Assembly: GCA_028534125.1 (NCBI GenBank)
Contig: CM052817.1
Coordinates: 98,086,001-98,150,000, forward strand
DNA: 64,000 nucleotides
Reading direction: 5' to 3'
Origin: Lama glama
Lineage: Eukaryota
Part shown: piece by piece, positions 23,270 through 36,085 of the stretch
Position numbering within the stretch: position 1 is the first letter of the stretch
Layout: every line of letters begins with the position of its first letter
Made by a program: the position numbers and the translations under genes
The notes under the pieces: generated by a model
Database searches by the model: none
The model's input: the letters and a program-made list of their open reading frames with translations, nothing else
What the model was told of the DNA's origin: nothing

Positions 23270-24480
23270 CCTCACTAATAATAAATAAATTAAAATTAAA
23301 ACTACATATTTTTAAACTATCAAACTGACAAGAATTAAAAGCAAAATATTAGTATCTGATGCTGGAAGGTTTGTAGTTAAAGAGAAACTCTCATTTGCTG
23401 AAGGTAGTTTTTTAAGTTGGTGCAAATTTTGTGGAGTGATTCCTCACAATGTTTATCAATATTTTTAAAATGTTTATACCACATATATCCAGAAAAGATG
23501 AAAGCTCTAATTCAAAAAGATACATACACCCCAATGTTTATAACAGCACTATTTACAAGAGCCAAAACATGGAAGCAATGTCCATTCACAGATGAATGGA
23601 TAAAGAAGATGTTGGGGGGTTGGGATATTACTCAGCCATAAAAAAGAATGAAATAATGTCATTTGCAGCAGCTTGGATTGTCCTAGAGATTATCATACTA
23701 AGTGAAGTAAGTCAGACAGAGAAAGATATATATCACTTATATGTAGAATCTAAAAAATAATACAAATGAACTTATTTTCAAGACAGAAATAGACTCACAG
23801 ACAGAAAAAATAAATTAATGGTTACCAAAGGAGAAAGTGGAAGCAGCGAGAGAGATAAATTAGGAGTTTGGGATTTTCAGATACATACTGCTATATATAA
23901 GATAGATAAATAACAAGATCCTACCCTATAGCACAGGGAACTATATTAATAAAATTAAAAATACTTCAATAAAAATTAAAAAATAAAAAAGATATAATAA
24001 TGGATACAAAAAATAAAAATAAGTAAAAATTAATGTTTATCTCATAAACTTATTGATAAATGTTCTAGGAAATTATGTTTTCAATTATGGAGAGCTATAT
24101 AGAGATTTACACATACTTTCATTATAATGAAATTTTATACTATTCTGTATACTTTGTACATGTAGTATACAATTATAATTATATTAGTAACAGAAACAAT
24201 CAAGGTTTCTCAAGAATGGGTGGTGAATAACTAAACCACGCCACATCCTTAAGACGGAATGTTATACAGATACATCATTCAGATATATGTAAATAGCTGT
24301 TGATAGAGATACATAAGTAGAAACTAATAGAATAAAAATACGAAACACCAAAATGTTACCAGGGACTATTTCTACATAATAGGATTTTGGGTCATTCTCA
24401 TTTTTTTAAATTTTTTATTTCCTGCATTAAAAAAAAAAACTTACAATGACTATCAACTATTTAGTAGTTTAAGAAAATGT
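23270..24480 (+). mobile_element. Old, highly diverged L1M 3' region, split by a younger L1
   Basis: Degenerate L1 ORF2-end phrases ('acatgttctacctcactaata...actatcaaactgacaagaattaaaa...gaaactctcatttgctg') continue after 24030. Confidence 0.55.
23478..24031 (+). mobile_element. Younger L1 3' end with an internally deleted 3' UTR
   Basis: IYPEKMKALIQKDTYTPMFITALFTRAKTWKQ (L1 ORF2). The UTR jumps from 'gcacagggaactatatt' to 'atacttcaat'. Candidate TSD core AATGTTTAT at 23469-23477 and 24032-24040. Confidence 0.9.
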
Positions 24481-24599
24481 TATAACGATCTGAAAGAAAA
24501 ATATGGAAAATTATAAAAGCAAGCCAAATATTAAGTCAAATATTTTCTCATTTCATGTGATGTCAATTCACAGTGCTCTCGAGGCTTTCAGTTTGCTTG

Positions 24600-24945
24600 C
24601 TGTGGTTGAAAAGATGGGAAGGTTTTTTGTTTGGGCTGTTTGGCCTCGGTACTGAGTCCCAGCTTCTCACACTTCTGTTGTTCCCACCTTCCAGGCACTA
24701 TCTGGGGAATTCCGTGGAGCTCAGTACCCAGCATTGTCTCTGCTGGCCGCCTCCATTTATTGTGAGACAGGAGGGTTACCTGGTGCCCTCTTCTCCTTCA
24801 GGGCATCTTTCTTCCCGTCTCTGGCTTTGTGCCGAGAAAAGCGTTCATCTGTGCCTCACCAGGAAATTCCTTGCTTGCAAATCTTCATCCTCCGTCACTA
24901 TAATACTTCCTGTGTTGGTTCCTAGTCCTGACTGGACCCTAGTCA
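24600..24945 (-). mobile_element. Possible ancient ERVL/MaLR-type LTR remnant
   Basis: Reverse complement 'TGACTAGGGTCCAGTCAGGACTAGGAACCAACAC' resembles old LTR termini. Strand and limits are uncertain. Confidence 0.35.
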
Positions 24946-26122
24946 CAATTCTTATGGATAAACTCCCAGATTTCTGTGCCATGCTTATTCAGGGGACCAT
25001 TGCACACGTTTGTTGCAACTCCACTACCGATGTTTTGATACTAGTTCTTTTGCTATGACAGATAGTAAACCCTTACCAATTTCAGTGCAAACGTCTCCAA
25101 CACCTGTTTTCTTTTTACGTCAATTTTATTTTTATTGCATAAGAATTTTTAACAGATAAGAGTTTTTCAGTCTCCTTCTATGATTTATCTTGCGTCAAAT
25201 TGTAAAAATTGTCTTTCATCTGCAGATTTTAAAAGAAAATTCTGTACTAGTTTCAGGTAGAGATTTATATTTTGGTTAGTATGAGGGAGAAAGCCACGTT
25301 CTCTAGGAATGGCTCGAGAAGAAGATGTATATTTCTGGTGTTGAGATTTTTCATGTTAAATGATTTGGGGCCTTCACTGGTAGGGTCTCTACAACTGGTG
25401 CTAGTGTTGGAATTTATGGGGGGGCTCTTGGGGACAAGTCAGGGAAGGGAATGCTCACCTGAGGGAGATAAGCCATCCCAGAAATATGGCCGCTGACTGC
25501 ACACTATGGAGAAGGGCTGCCTGTAAGAGAATCCTATGCGAATTGGCACGTATGACCAATGGATACTGGGAGCTAAAATGTTTTATATTTAGTTTTAATT
25601 TAAGAAATATTCCAAGGTGTCATTTCATTATTTTAGCCCCAAGCTTAAGCATTACCTAGACAACTACAATCTGAGGAATAAAGAACTTGTTCCTGTTTTG
25701 GAGGTGAAATTGCTGAATTAGTAGACTATTTGACTCCTAAAATCTGTGCAAGGAAGCCCTAAAAGATACTCAGAAATACTTGGACAGGAGGTTGGTTTTC
25801 CTGAAGTCATACAGGATGAGGTTCAGTTTACTGTCATTTAAATTAAAGGAGAAGGTAATTCCAGAAGGATAGGTATAAATTCAGTGTAACTCCACATGGG
25901 CTGTATTTATTTTATTGTTAATTGCTACGCAGTTCTAGCCACACAATTTTTTTTAAACAGACATCCCTTCTGCTTTATTTATACATTTTACTTTGCTTTA
26001 AAAATCCTTACATAGCTGAGTTTAATTTCTTCCTTTCTTTTCTATGACCCTAGTTTCTTTACACTAGTACCACACTACTTTAAGTCATGCTTTTTGAATT
26101 TTTCTTTTCCTTTTTTTTTCTA

Positions 26123-26579
26123 AGTATTAGTTCCCCATGGCTGTTGCAACAAAGTACCACAAATTTGGTGGCTAAAAACAACAGAAATGTATTCTCTCAC
26201 AGTTCTGAAGGCTAAAAGTCTGAAATCAATTTGCGAGCAGGGCCACATTCTCTCTGCAGTTTTCAGGGGCTGACCCTTCCCCACTTCTTCCTAGCTTGTC
26301 CTGCTCATGGGCACCTTTGGCATTCTTTGGCTTCTGGACACGTGACTCCCATGTTCACCTCTGTCCTGGCATGGTGTTTTCCTCGTGTGTGTCTGTCTCT
26401 GTCTGAATTCCCTCCTTTTTATAGGGATATCAGTCATATTGGATTTAGGGCTTATTCTTATCCAGAATAAACTCATGCTAACTTGATCCCATCTGCAAAG
26501 ACTTTATTTCCAGATAAGATCGCATTCACAGATTCTAGGTAGACATAACATTTTGGAGAAGAGTATTCAACACAGTACA
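26123..26579 (-). mobile_element. MaLR solo LTR, MLT1C-type, full length
   Basis: 'gtattagttcccc...aacaaagtaccacaaatttggtggctaaaaacaacagaaatgtattctctcacagttctgaaggc...attcaacacagtaca'. Confidence 0.9.
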
Positions 26580-26704
26580 AGTATATTCTAATATCTCTTA
26601 TTGTCATATTGGTCTTTTTATCACACAGACCTATGGAATCATAGAACTTATATAATAGTGCCACTGGGACTAAAGATTTGGTTTTTTGAAAAGATCTTAG
26701 TTTT

Positions 26705-27270
26705 TTTCATCAATTAAGCAAATATTGACTAATGAATATGGATTATGTGTCTGGTACTGCTTTTGATACAAGGATTCAATAAATGAGGTGCCTGATCTCA
26801 TGGGGCTTAGACTCCAGTGTGAGAGTAAGGATACAGATAACAAATGAGTAAATAATTGTATGCTGTCATTTCATATTCAAGAGAAAATAATACAGGATGA
26901 AGGGGGAGAGATTCACTGGTGGTAGTATCACTGCAGAGATGACATTTGAGCAGAGACTTAAATGATTAGAAACAGCCAGACCTGTGAATTTTCAGAAAAG
27001 AAATTTGAGGGTGAAGCCACAGCCAATGCAAAGACCTTGAGTGATGACACTTGCGCAGCATATTCAAGGGGTTTCAGATAGATGAATTGATGGGGCAAGT
27101 AGTGAGCAAAGGGGAGATACAGACCATGAAGCTGACAGGGGACAGGGGTCGGGTTTTGTAAGGTCTTCTAGGCTACGCCAGGAGTTCTAATTATAAGAGG
27201 AAGCCACTGGATGGTTGTAAGTATGAAAGGGTTATGATCTGATGTATGCTCTCAAAAATGTCATTCCACA
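26705..27270 (-). mobile_element. L2 LINE 3' fragment
   Basis: 'ttcatcaattaagcaaatattgact...tatgtgtctggtactg...tctcatggggcttagactccagtg...gatgacatttgagcagagactt...gaagccactggatggttgtaag'. Confidence 0.8.
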
Positions 27271-27339
27271 AGTAATGTTTGCAGCCATTTTCCATGACTC
27301 TTGGAGAGTTAACCCGCTCCCTAAATAAGTCCGGGTCTG

Positions 27340-27680
27340 GTCTGGGCTATGTTGAAATAACAGATATAAACTCTAAAATTTCAGCGGTGGAAGACCGGAT
27401 TAATTTCTCCCTCAAATAAAGTCACATATGTCAGGACTCTTTTCTTCTTCTTGTAGCTACTTGGCTTAGAACATATACCCCTGAGGATGCTGTGGCAAAA
27501 GAAGGAAGAAGACTGCAGGACCCTGTCAGATGTTTCTAAGGGCCAGACCTAGGAGTGGCTTATGTGGCATCTGCCCACATACTGTGGACCTGAACGCAAT
27601 CATATGGCACAAAGAGATCAGCAAGGGAGATTAGGAATTTCATCTTCTTGTATATCTGAGAAAAGAAGACAAATGTTACT
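27340..27680 (-). mobile_element. Old MaLR LTR remnant (MLT1J/K-like)
   Basis: 'gggctatgttgaaataacag...aaatttcagcgg' and 'ggagtggcttatgtggcatctgcccacat...tcatatggcac...gcaagggagattaggaa'. Confidence 0.55.
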
Positions 27681-28284
27681 GCCAAACTTCTTGAGTCATG
27701 ATGACTCTGACTCATTGTTTTTTAGAACCATAAGGAGGTTCTAGACATTCTCTCTTCTTCTTTAGGAAGAGTAAAGCCTGACCTCCAGGGTTTTGGCATC
27801 AACTAGCAACGAGGAACTTCATCAGTCTGACATAGTTCCCAAACCCCCACAGACCCCCAGACCTCCTAACGGATCTGGGCTCTTGATACAGTGATGACTG
27901 TTTCCTGGCCATTCGGGATTACATTTGGCTTACTGCCCCAAACTGGAGTCGCCTAGGTCAAAGAACCTTCTCCAGGACTAGAACTCAGAATGATACGCAT
28001 TTCACACAACTTTGAACCCAAAGGATGGAATGGACCATGAACGGCTGAATCTTTACCTTTTTTAAGGGGGAGGACTGGTAGAGTGAGTTAAATTTTGATC
28101 ACCTCCCTGACTTTTCTTTATGGTCAACAAAATTGATTTCTCTGCCAAATTTTCTTTACGCCACTTCTTTTTCTCCATGAGAAAGGAAAACTTATTTCAG
28201 GACCACAAAGGGAAAATTACAGTTGTTTGACTTGTGAAAGACTTGCCTTTAAGCCAGTAGTAATACCAATACTGGTGATACTGG

Positions 28285-28515
28285 GAGTATTTACCAGTTA
28301 TTCTTTTTTGGCCAGGCACTGTGATAAATTCTTTCAAAGAATTTTTGTTTTTCTTTTAACCGTTACCATAAATGTATGCAGTTGGAACTACCAAAAAGTT
28401 GTTGAAACTGAGTGGTAGAAAGATTACGTCCTCTTTCTGGTCACATGGCTAGTACACTGTGAGCCAGGATTCAAACTCATGGGTTTCTAACTCCTAATTC
28501 CATGCTCTTAATCAC
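28285..28515 (-). mobile_element. MIR SINE
   Basis: 'gccaggcactgtgataaa...gaaactgag...ggtcacatggctagta...gagccaggattcaaactca...tccatgctcttaatcac'. Confidence 0.75.
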
Positions 28516-29047
28516 AAAAGAACAACACAATAGATCCTCTGCTTATTTTGATTCATCAAAATGCAAATATTTGGGTTAAAAATTTCGGGGCCAAGTACTA
28601 ATTTCCCTAATATTTAGAATTCTGTAGAGTCTATAGTTTGCCTTTTTATGACAAGCAAATCAAACACATATTAACCTTTTTTCCCCACGAAGATAATTAA
28701 ACCAAAATGTTCGCAAACGTTGTAAGTGCTGTAGACGCCAAAGGATATTCACGCCTTCTCCCATGGCACCCACCCCCCAGCCCCGCCCAGACTGCCACCG
28801 CCTGGTGATCAGCCCCCCTGGGTCATGCTTATTTGTGTTAAAATCTCTCATATTGCTTTGCAAATAGTGTGCTTTCAACAAATGTCTGTTAAATTAATGA
28901 ATTCATATTTCCCTAAGTGCTTACCTGGTTGAAAATATATGGAGGAACACCAAGTATTAATATCTTTTGAAATTATAATGTGATGTGTGCTTTTTGTTTA
29001 TGTTGAGAGCACTTTTTTTTTGTTATCTATAAAATGGAAGATCACTA

Positions 29048-29551
29048 TGTTACCGAATTAGTCAACTGGACTTGCAGGGGGCCCTAGCCCTGGGCTTGAG
29101 ACCTTTTGCTTCTGCCAGGGAGATGCTTTTGCCAACTGGATTCAAGAAGAAGATAACGAAACTAATGCTGAGACTGAAACAGCACAAGCTTTACTCAATG
29201 GCCAAAGAATGGAGAAGGGGGAACTTAGTTCGCAAATCAACTTCTCAACCCAATGTGGGTGAAGACACCAAATATATAGGAGAGTGGGGGTAAAAGGGAG
29301 GGAATTGAAAAGGGTAGGAGGAATATCCATCCACAACTGACCCAAGAACAGGGGTGTGGTTTGGACCCAGAACCTATGCAAATCTCCTTTTCAGTCTTTG
29401 TATGGGCTTCTCCAGTTGTCATGGCAACGGTCAACTTTCAGAGTGCCTGTGATGTGTCGTCTAGCATGTTAAATGACAATGAGCATGTAACGAGGCTCCA
29501 GGTCTACTGGAAGTCAAATCTTTCACCATCTTGGGCCTGGCTGGTTCTACC

Positions 29552-29582
<31 letters not shown>

Positions 29583-29681
29583 ATCTTTTTACAGCTTCTT
29601 TCTGAAACTTAGATAAGACTAATTGGTTTCTGTTCCAGGGAGGGGAAGGCATATGATTCTGGGGCAACAGCCTTGGTAACA
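29048..29681 (-). mobile_element. ERV1-class solo LTR (634 bp)
   Basis: Perfect terminal inverted repeat TGTTACC...GGTAACA. 4-bp TSD ACTA/ATTA. Antisense AGTAAA. Shares the block 'gaggctc.aggtctactgga.gtc.aatctt' with the LTR at 63174. Confidence 0.88.
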
Positions 29682-30162
29682 ATTACAGAAAACACTTATA
29701 TGTTTCATATAGAATACATATGCATATACACATAAAATGGACTTATGCTGGTACACTGTTCTTAATTTTTTAATTTTTCATTTGATTACATATCAGCTAC
29801 TATTCAACTGAAAAAAAACACCTTTCTAAACAATGATGAATAATACATGGCTAATCTGTAAACTTTTCATAGTCCGTTTCTGCTGCAATTTTCTGGAAAG
29901 CAACGTGTGAAACTAGGTCTAAACCTCCCTGAGAAATAGCTTCATAAGTTTTACTGTTGAGCCAGTAAAATATTCTAGCCTCAAATTCAACAAGGCAGCT
30001 CAAATGTGAGATGGTTTTTCACATATAATATGTACATAGTAGATTTATGCAAAAATGTTACTGGTAAATAGCCAAACAAAACAAGGTCCCTTCGTTACAA
30101 ATACAGGCAAAACCAAGAAAAATAATTAAACAATCATTTAAAAACCCATAAACACAGTGCTG

Positions 30163-30179
30163 GTGCATGCGCGCGCGTG

Positions 30180-30219
<40 letters not shown>
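30163..30219. repeat. (GC)n(CA)n alternating purine-pyrimidine tract
   Basis: gtgcatgcgcgcgcgtgcgcgcgc followed by a CA run; 57 nt. Confidence 0.97.
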
Positions 30220-30222
<3 letters not shown>

Positions 30223-30699
30223 AACGGTCTCATTAACTTCAAACCATAAGAAATTAATTACAGATTCATTGCTAATGAACATATGGGATAAGTGCTGACA
30301 CTCAACTGGTTTCAGTTCAGTGATCACAGAAACAAAGCAGTGCTCACAGACGGATGGTGGGGGAAGCGTTAGTGAGTGGGGCCAGGAAGCAAGACTCCTT
30401 CATAACTATGGAAAACAGTTCCAACATATTCAGACAGAGAAAAAAAAGGGCTCCAAAATCCATCCCATTCTGAATCTGAACAGACCTTCTCCACCATTAC
30501 CACCTGCTCTCTCTACCTCCAGAGAAGCTGAAAGGTCTGAGGAGGGAGAAGAATGAGCAGAGGGGAGAGGCAAGGCAGGGAGGCATTGGCAAAGAAAGAG
30601 ATACCTACCCCCTAAAAATAAATAAAATGGAAAGAAGAGAAAAGAAGAGATGACTGTGTCTGAAAAAAAGAGTCACAAGCCAGAATCAGACAGCTATCT

Positions 30700-31450
30700 A
30701 TTCCAAGAGGTCATGAATTAAATCAGAGGCTAACTCACGGAGTGATGGCAGAGAAGTTAAGATGGTGATCTTTTTCCATTTAAATATGCAGACAGTTTGA
30801 AACAACCCCCCTCGAAGATACAGATCACGAAGACACTTGCCTTTAATATGCTGAATTACAATATCAAGCTCCACAGAAATCACAGCAGCAGGACCATCGC
30901 TTTACCTTCAGGATTCTTAGCTCCCTGGGCTTCATGTCCATCAGCAGGATGTAAAAGCAAGTAGTACCACCTGGAGCTGTAAGGCAGCGAAAGCCACCTC
31001 CTGTGTTACTTGGGATGAACAAATTCCCTCTCCTGTTTCTGTTCATGTCCAGACTCGTCAATTCATTATTCATCACCTGAGATGTATGCATTATTCATGA
31101 CTAAATATTTTTCAGTTCATATTGGTGGTTCTTCCTCTTGAATCACTCTCTTATTCCTACTCATCTGTGTTTAGATCCATTGTAAATGTCTTAATCTGTC
31201 TATGAGGTGCGGCACTCCTAAACACTTTGTGTCTTCATACATTACCTATCTCCTTGAAGTAGTTTAAGAAATTATTCCCCAGATGTTTTAACTTCTTTGG
31301 GAATCTGTTCCCTTTAATATTCATCTTCTTAGTTCTAGAATCAATTCCCATCAGTTTATATGATCTCTAACTCTATACTGATGAAAGTTTTCAGCGTAAT
31401 GTGGGTCCTAATGAATTCATTTAGCTTCTGGTTATGATTTTTATCTTCCC
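30700..31450 (-). mobile_element. Ancient CR1/L3-like LINE ORF2 fossil (region just N-terminal to the RT core)
   Basis: Frameshifted translation QVTQEV...ADG/MKPRELRILK...AAVISVELDIVIQ...TVCIFKWKK...VSL compared with CR1 GPDGIHPRVLKEL-ADVIAEPL-VVPIFKKGKK-RPVSL. Support is strongest at 30715-31050. Confidence 0.55.
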
Positions 31451-31905
31451 ATCTGTCAGAGATGTACCAATCTTGAAAAACAAATCAGACACTATCAATT
31501 ATAAATAAATTTAGGCAATGACAATAATTAGAGAATATGATTCATTATACAAAGCTATCATTTTTGCCAGATTTTACATAAGAGCCTGCCTAGCAAAGCA
31601 TAATTTAAATAAAGTAAAAGGATGCTAAATAAGAAAGCATGAGGATTTCCATACTACTCTTTAATGGGCAGTTGGAACCTTTTATTTGTTCTTCTGGCTG
31701 TAGAAAAGAAATAGGGCTCTAGCTAATGCACTTTCCAAGTAAATCTTCCAGTCCATGAAAGAGTATAATTCTATATAGATCATTTTGTACTAAACAGATA
31801 CACCTTTTACAAATTTCAGTGACTAGTTCTGGTTGGAGGGGTGTTTAATCATTACTTTGGTTATATTGAGAAAGTACAGTGTGATGGTTAAGGGTATGGC
31901 CTTTA

Positions 31906-31995
31906 TTATTTTCTTAAGTGGAGGTATGGGACTTGAACCCAGGACCTTGTGCATCCTGAGCATGGGCTCCACCACTGAGCTAGACACCCTGTTCC
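31906..31995 (-). mobile_element. Short Vic-1-like SINE inserted in a MIR (MIR ~31876-32200, + strand)
   Basis: Reverse complement GGGTGTCTAGCTCAGTGGTGGAGCCCATGCTCAGGATGCACAAGGTCCTGGGTTCAAGTCCC. TSD AGGGTA(TGG/AGA)CCTTTA at 31891-31905 and 31996-32010. Confidence 0.88.
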
Positions 31996-32223
31996 AGGGT
32001 AAGACCTTTAAACTTGAACTGCTTACATTCAAATCCCAGCTTTGCCACTTGTGGACTAAGTAATTGTGCTTTGGTTTCCTTTTATGTAAAATGGGAGAAA
32101 AAACTAGTTATTTGGGGAAAATATTTTCAAGACGAAGAGATGTAATGACATGTATAAGGATTTCAGAGCCTGTAATGTGACAAGGACTGAAGGAATGCTG
32201 GTATCATTATTTTGATAAATGAC

Positions 32224-33763
32224 TTTTTTTACATATATATCTATTCTTTTTCATATTCTTTCCCATTATAGGTTATTATAAGATATTGAGTATTGTATCC
32301 TGTGATATATAGTAGGTCCTTGTTAGTTACCTATTTTATATATAGCAGTGTGTATTTGTTAATCCCAAACTCCAAATTTATGCCCCTCTCCCACTTTGGT
32401 AACCTTAAGTTTGCTTATTATCTGTGAGTCTGTTTCTGTTTTGTAAATAAGTTCATTTGTCTCATTTTTTTAGAATCCACATATAAGCAATATCATTTCA
32501 TGTCTTTCTCTGTCTGACTTATTTCACTTAATATGTCATCTCTAGGTCCATCCATGTTGCTGCAAATGGCGTTATTTCATTATTTTTATGACCGAGTAAT
32601 ATTCCTATATATATATACACTACATATTCTTTATCCATTCATACGTCAATGGACACTTAGGTTGCTTCCATGTCTTGGCTATTGTAAATAGTGCTGCTAT
32701 GAACATTGGGGTGCATATATCATTTTGAACCTTAGAGTATGCCCAGGAATGGGATTGCTGGTCATTCTATTTTTGCTTTTAAGGGACCTCCACATTGCTC
32801 TCCATAGTGACTGCACCAATTTACATTCCCACCATCAGTATAGGAGGGTTCCCTTTTCTCCACACCCTCTCCAGCATTTATTGTTTGTAGACTTTTTGAT
32901 GATAGACATTCTGACTCATGTGAGGTGATACCTCATTGTAGTTTTGATTTGTTTTTTTCTAATAATTATCTATGTTGAGCATCTTTTCTTGTGCCTGTTG
33001 GCCATCTGTATGTCTTCTTTGGAGAAATGCTTATTTAGATCTTCTGCCCATTTTTTATTTTTTTTAATATTGAGCTATTTATATAGTTTGAAAATTAATC
33101 CCTTGTCAGTTGTATAGTTTGCAAATATTTTCTCTCATTCTCTAGGTTATCTTTTTGCTTTGTTTATGGTTTCCTTTGCTGTGTAAAAGCTTTTAAGTTT
33201 AATTAGGTCCCATTTGTTTATTTTTCTTTTATTTCCATTACTCTGGGAGCTGGTTCCAAAAAATAGTCCTGCATTTTATGTCAGAGGGTGTTATGCCTAT
33301 GTTTTACCCTAGAGTTTTATACTATCTGGTCTTACATTTAGGTCTTTAATCCATTTGAGTTTATTTTTGTATAGGGTGTTAGAGAATGCTTTAGTTTCAT
33401 TCTTTTATATGTAGCTGTCCAGTTTTCCCAGCACCACTTGTTGAAGAGACTATCTTTTCTCCATTGTATGTTCCTGCTTCCTTTGTCATAGATTAATTGA
33501 CCAAAAGTGTGTGGGTTTATTTCTGGGCTTTCTATCCTATTTCATTGATCTATGTGTCTGTTTTTGTGGGAGTACCATACTGTTTTGATGACTGTAGCTT
33601 TGTAGTATAGTCTGAAGTCAAGGAGTGTGATTCCTCCAGCTCTGTTCTTCTTTCTCAAGATTACTTTGGCTAATCAGGGTCTTCTGTGTTTCCATACAAA
33701 TTTCAAAATTTTTGTTCTGGTTCTGTGAAAAATGAGATTGGTAATTTGATAGGGATTGCATTG
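32224..33763 (-). mobile_element. L1 fragment (~1.5 kb; disrupted ORF2 3' part plus partial 3' UTR)
   Basis: Continuous antisense L1 sequence, e.g. 'ccagttttcccagcaccacttgttgaagagact' and 'gtagctttgtagtatagtctgaagtca'. No intact ORF. Confidence 0.95.
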
Positions 33764-34179
33764 ATTTTAAAGCAAGAGAAACAACCTGTTCTTCAAAAAG
33801 AAGTGTGTGCATGTGGGAAGGGGGCAGGGTCTAGGTAGGAAAATTGGATCTTATAGCCCATAACATAGAGATGCTATTGTCTCCCTGTTACACACAGTTC
33901 ATGGATTTTGTCATCATGCTCTTTGTGCATATTAGAGGGACTTGGAACTAAAAAGAACTCGAGTTAAAGATAAAAGAATATCCATGTTGGATTACTTTTC
34001 CATTGTCTGTTTAGATACGTCATCTAATCTAGGACCCTTTAAGTCACCAAAGAAAGGAGGGTCCCAATTATTTATTTGATTTTTTTTTTTTTGCTTTATT
34101 CATTTTCATGTCTTTATGCTGTATTTTATACATTTTTTCAACTTGTCATGGATAGTAAAAATTGACCTACTTTCTCCTT

Positions 34180-34700
34180 TAGCTCCAGTGTCCCTACACT
34201 CTCCTGGTTCTCCTCCCACTACCCGGAGGGTTTCTTCTGTCTACTACGTGAAGTCCTCTTCCTCTCACTTCAGGTTCTGTGTTTAGTTCTTCTAAAAAAA
34301 AAAATTCTCTTCTCAGAAATATTTATCTTAGCTTCATCTACCACCTAAAATTCAGATTTCCTAATATTACATAATAAGCTGCTTTCTTAACACCCCCTGG
34401 GTGGCTCACCAAGAGTCCGAAATCAACATGGCTGAGGTAAAATTGTATTTTCACAGCCTGCAACTCTTTCTCCTCCTAAATTTCCTCTCTGAGGGATAGC
34501 CTGCCACTGGTTCATTAGCCCAGGCCAGAAACCTGGGAGTTGTCCTGATTTCCTGTCACTCCCAAACCCCAGTCACCTCATTGTCAATCAAATTCTAAGA
34601 GTAATATCTTAAGTCTCCCAACCTTCCAGCCCTCAGATTTCATAATTCAACTTTTTATCATTCTGTCTCCAAATCACTTCATTAACATGCTGATCATCTC
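34180..34700 (+). mobile_element. Old L2 fragment
   Basis: 'cactctcctggttctcctcccact...aaatcaacatggctgag...caggccagaaacctgggagttgtcctga...caatcaaattct'. Confidence 0.6.
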
Positions 34701-34987
34701 CAACATGTTTCTAGTCAGTAGTCTGAGAGATGGCTTCCTTATTGCTTAAAATCTATTTATTCAACCATTCAATCAACAACTGTTTATTGAACATCCACTA
34801 TGTGCCAGTTTCTGCTCTAGGGCTCAGGACACCATGATGACCATGCCCTTTAAATATATGTACACATCCATGCACACACACATATACATACATATGTGTC
34901 TGTGTTTATCCATAGACAAAGATATATCTACATCTATCAATGATAATATATCTACATCTATGATGAAATATCTGTAACTATGATATA

Positions 34988-35404
34988 CAAGAACTCCTGA
35001 TTTTCCCAAGTTCACTTTACACCACTTGATTTTTATGAGAGACTTATCTTACTTCGTACCTGTTTTTGCAATACAAAAGGAATCCCAATCAGATTTTTGC
35101 TCTTACAAAAAAAGGTGAAAATCGAAAATAGCATTTTGTGTATTTTTCACAAGGAGTCATGAGAGAGGCAACTTACACCTTAAGCAGTGAGAGTGACCCC
35201 ACCAAGCTTCCTTCCCAGGAGTTACACTCAGCATTTCAGCTTCAAAGCTTTGAACTGTCTGTGACCATCTTCGCTGTATCTCAATTGATAATGTTCATCT
35301 GTCAGCAAGACAGTCCTAAGGTAATTACCTCTTAGCTTTATAGTATTTCACCTTAGGAAACGTGTCATAGGAAGTATTTACTTTTGGATAATGGGGGAAA
35401 CCTG
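34988..35404. mobile_element. Non-autonomous Tc1/mariner (Tigger-like) DNA transposon
   Basis: TA-flanked. The right end reverse complement CAGGTTTCCCCCATTATCCAAAAGTA has a decayed left counterpart CAAGAACTCCTGATTTTCCCAAGTT. It sits in a TA-rich low-complexity tract. Confidence 0.6.
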
Positions 35405-35579
35405 TATCTACAGATATATCTGTCTTATGATAAAGATATATATCTATGTATACACTATATATACAGGGACAAATATGTACATATACAGATATATTATAGA
35501 CATGTAATTGAATCAAAGCTACTAAAGATTTCAATTCCAACTTGGGAAAGTATTTAAAGTATTCCTGTCTCATTTGCAT

Positions 35580-36085
35580 ATTCATTTGCTCATCCATTCA
35601 GCACCTTTTCTTTGGTGTCTTTTCAATGCCTTCATGATAAAGTTCACACTCATTAGTATTACATACAAGTGCCTTCCTGATCTTATCTCTGCCTCTCTCT
35701 ATAGCTGTATTTCTGCTTCTCGTTCATACATCTTCTGTATTCCAATCACAAGTTTCATGTACATTATAATCCTGTCTCCTGCCTGAAACTTGGCATTTCT
35801 ATCCCTTCTACCAGGAATATCCTTTTCTGCCTTACTCATGGAAACTGAAACCCACTTATACAGAGTAATTTGTCTTGGCCTACCTGACTTTTCAGACTGT
35901 TAGAGACCGCCCATCGTACATAAATCTACTCTGCCAGATGTCCAGTTGTATAATTATTTATTTTCTGATCTCCACTGTGAACTCCTTGACACATTGCCAT
36001 CATGGTCACTTTCTTACACAATGGCTGGTACAGAGTAGCAATTCATAAATGTCTTTTGAACGAATAAATGGCAGAATGAATGAGC
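35580..36085 (+). mobile_element. L2 LINE 3' fragment
   Basis: 'ccttcatgataaagttcacactcattag...ccttcctgatctt' through the tail 'aattcataaatgtcttttgaacgaataaatg...aatgaatgag'. Confidence 0.65.

Noticed and set aside
24573..25058. Longest gap-free ORF (161 aa) as a protein-coding gene
   Set aside because: It starts at GTG, has no recognisable domain, is Leu/Ser-rich like random sequence, and overlaps a probable old LTR remnant.
20760..31450. The two CR1 fossils as one element split by ~9.4 kb of later insertions
   Set aside because: They are on the same strand and in a plausible order, but both appear to contain the FKKGK...(V/I)SL motif. They therefore overlap in consensus coordinates and are more likely independent insertions. 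A Dfam alignment would settle it.
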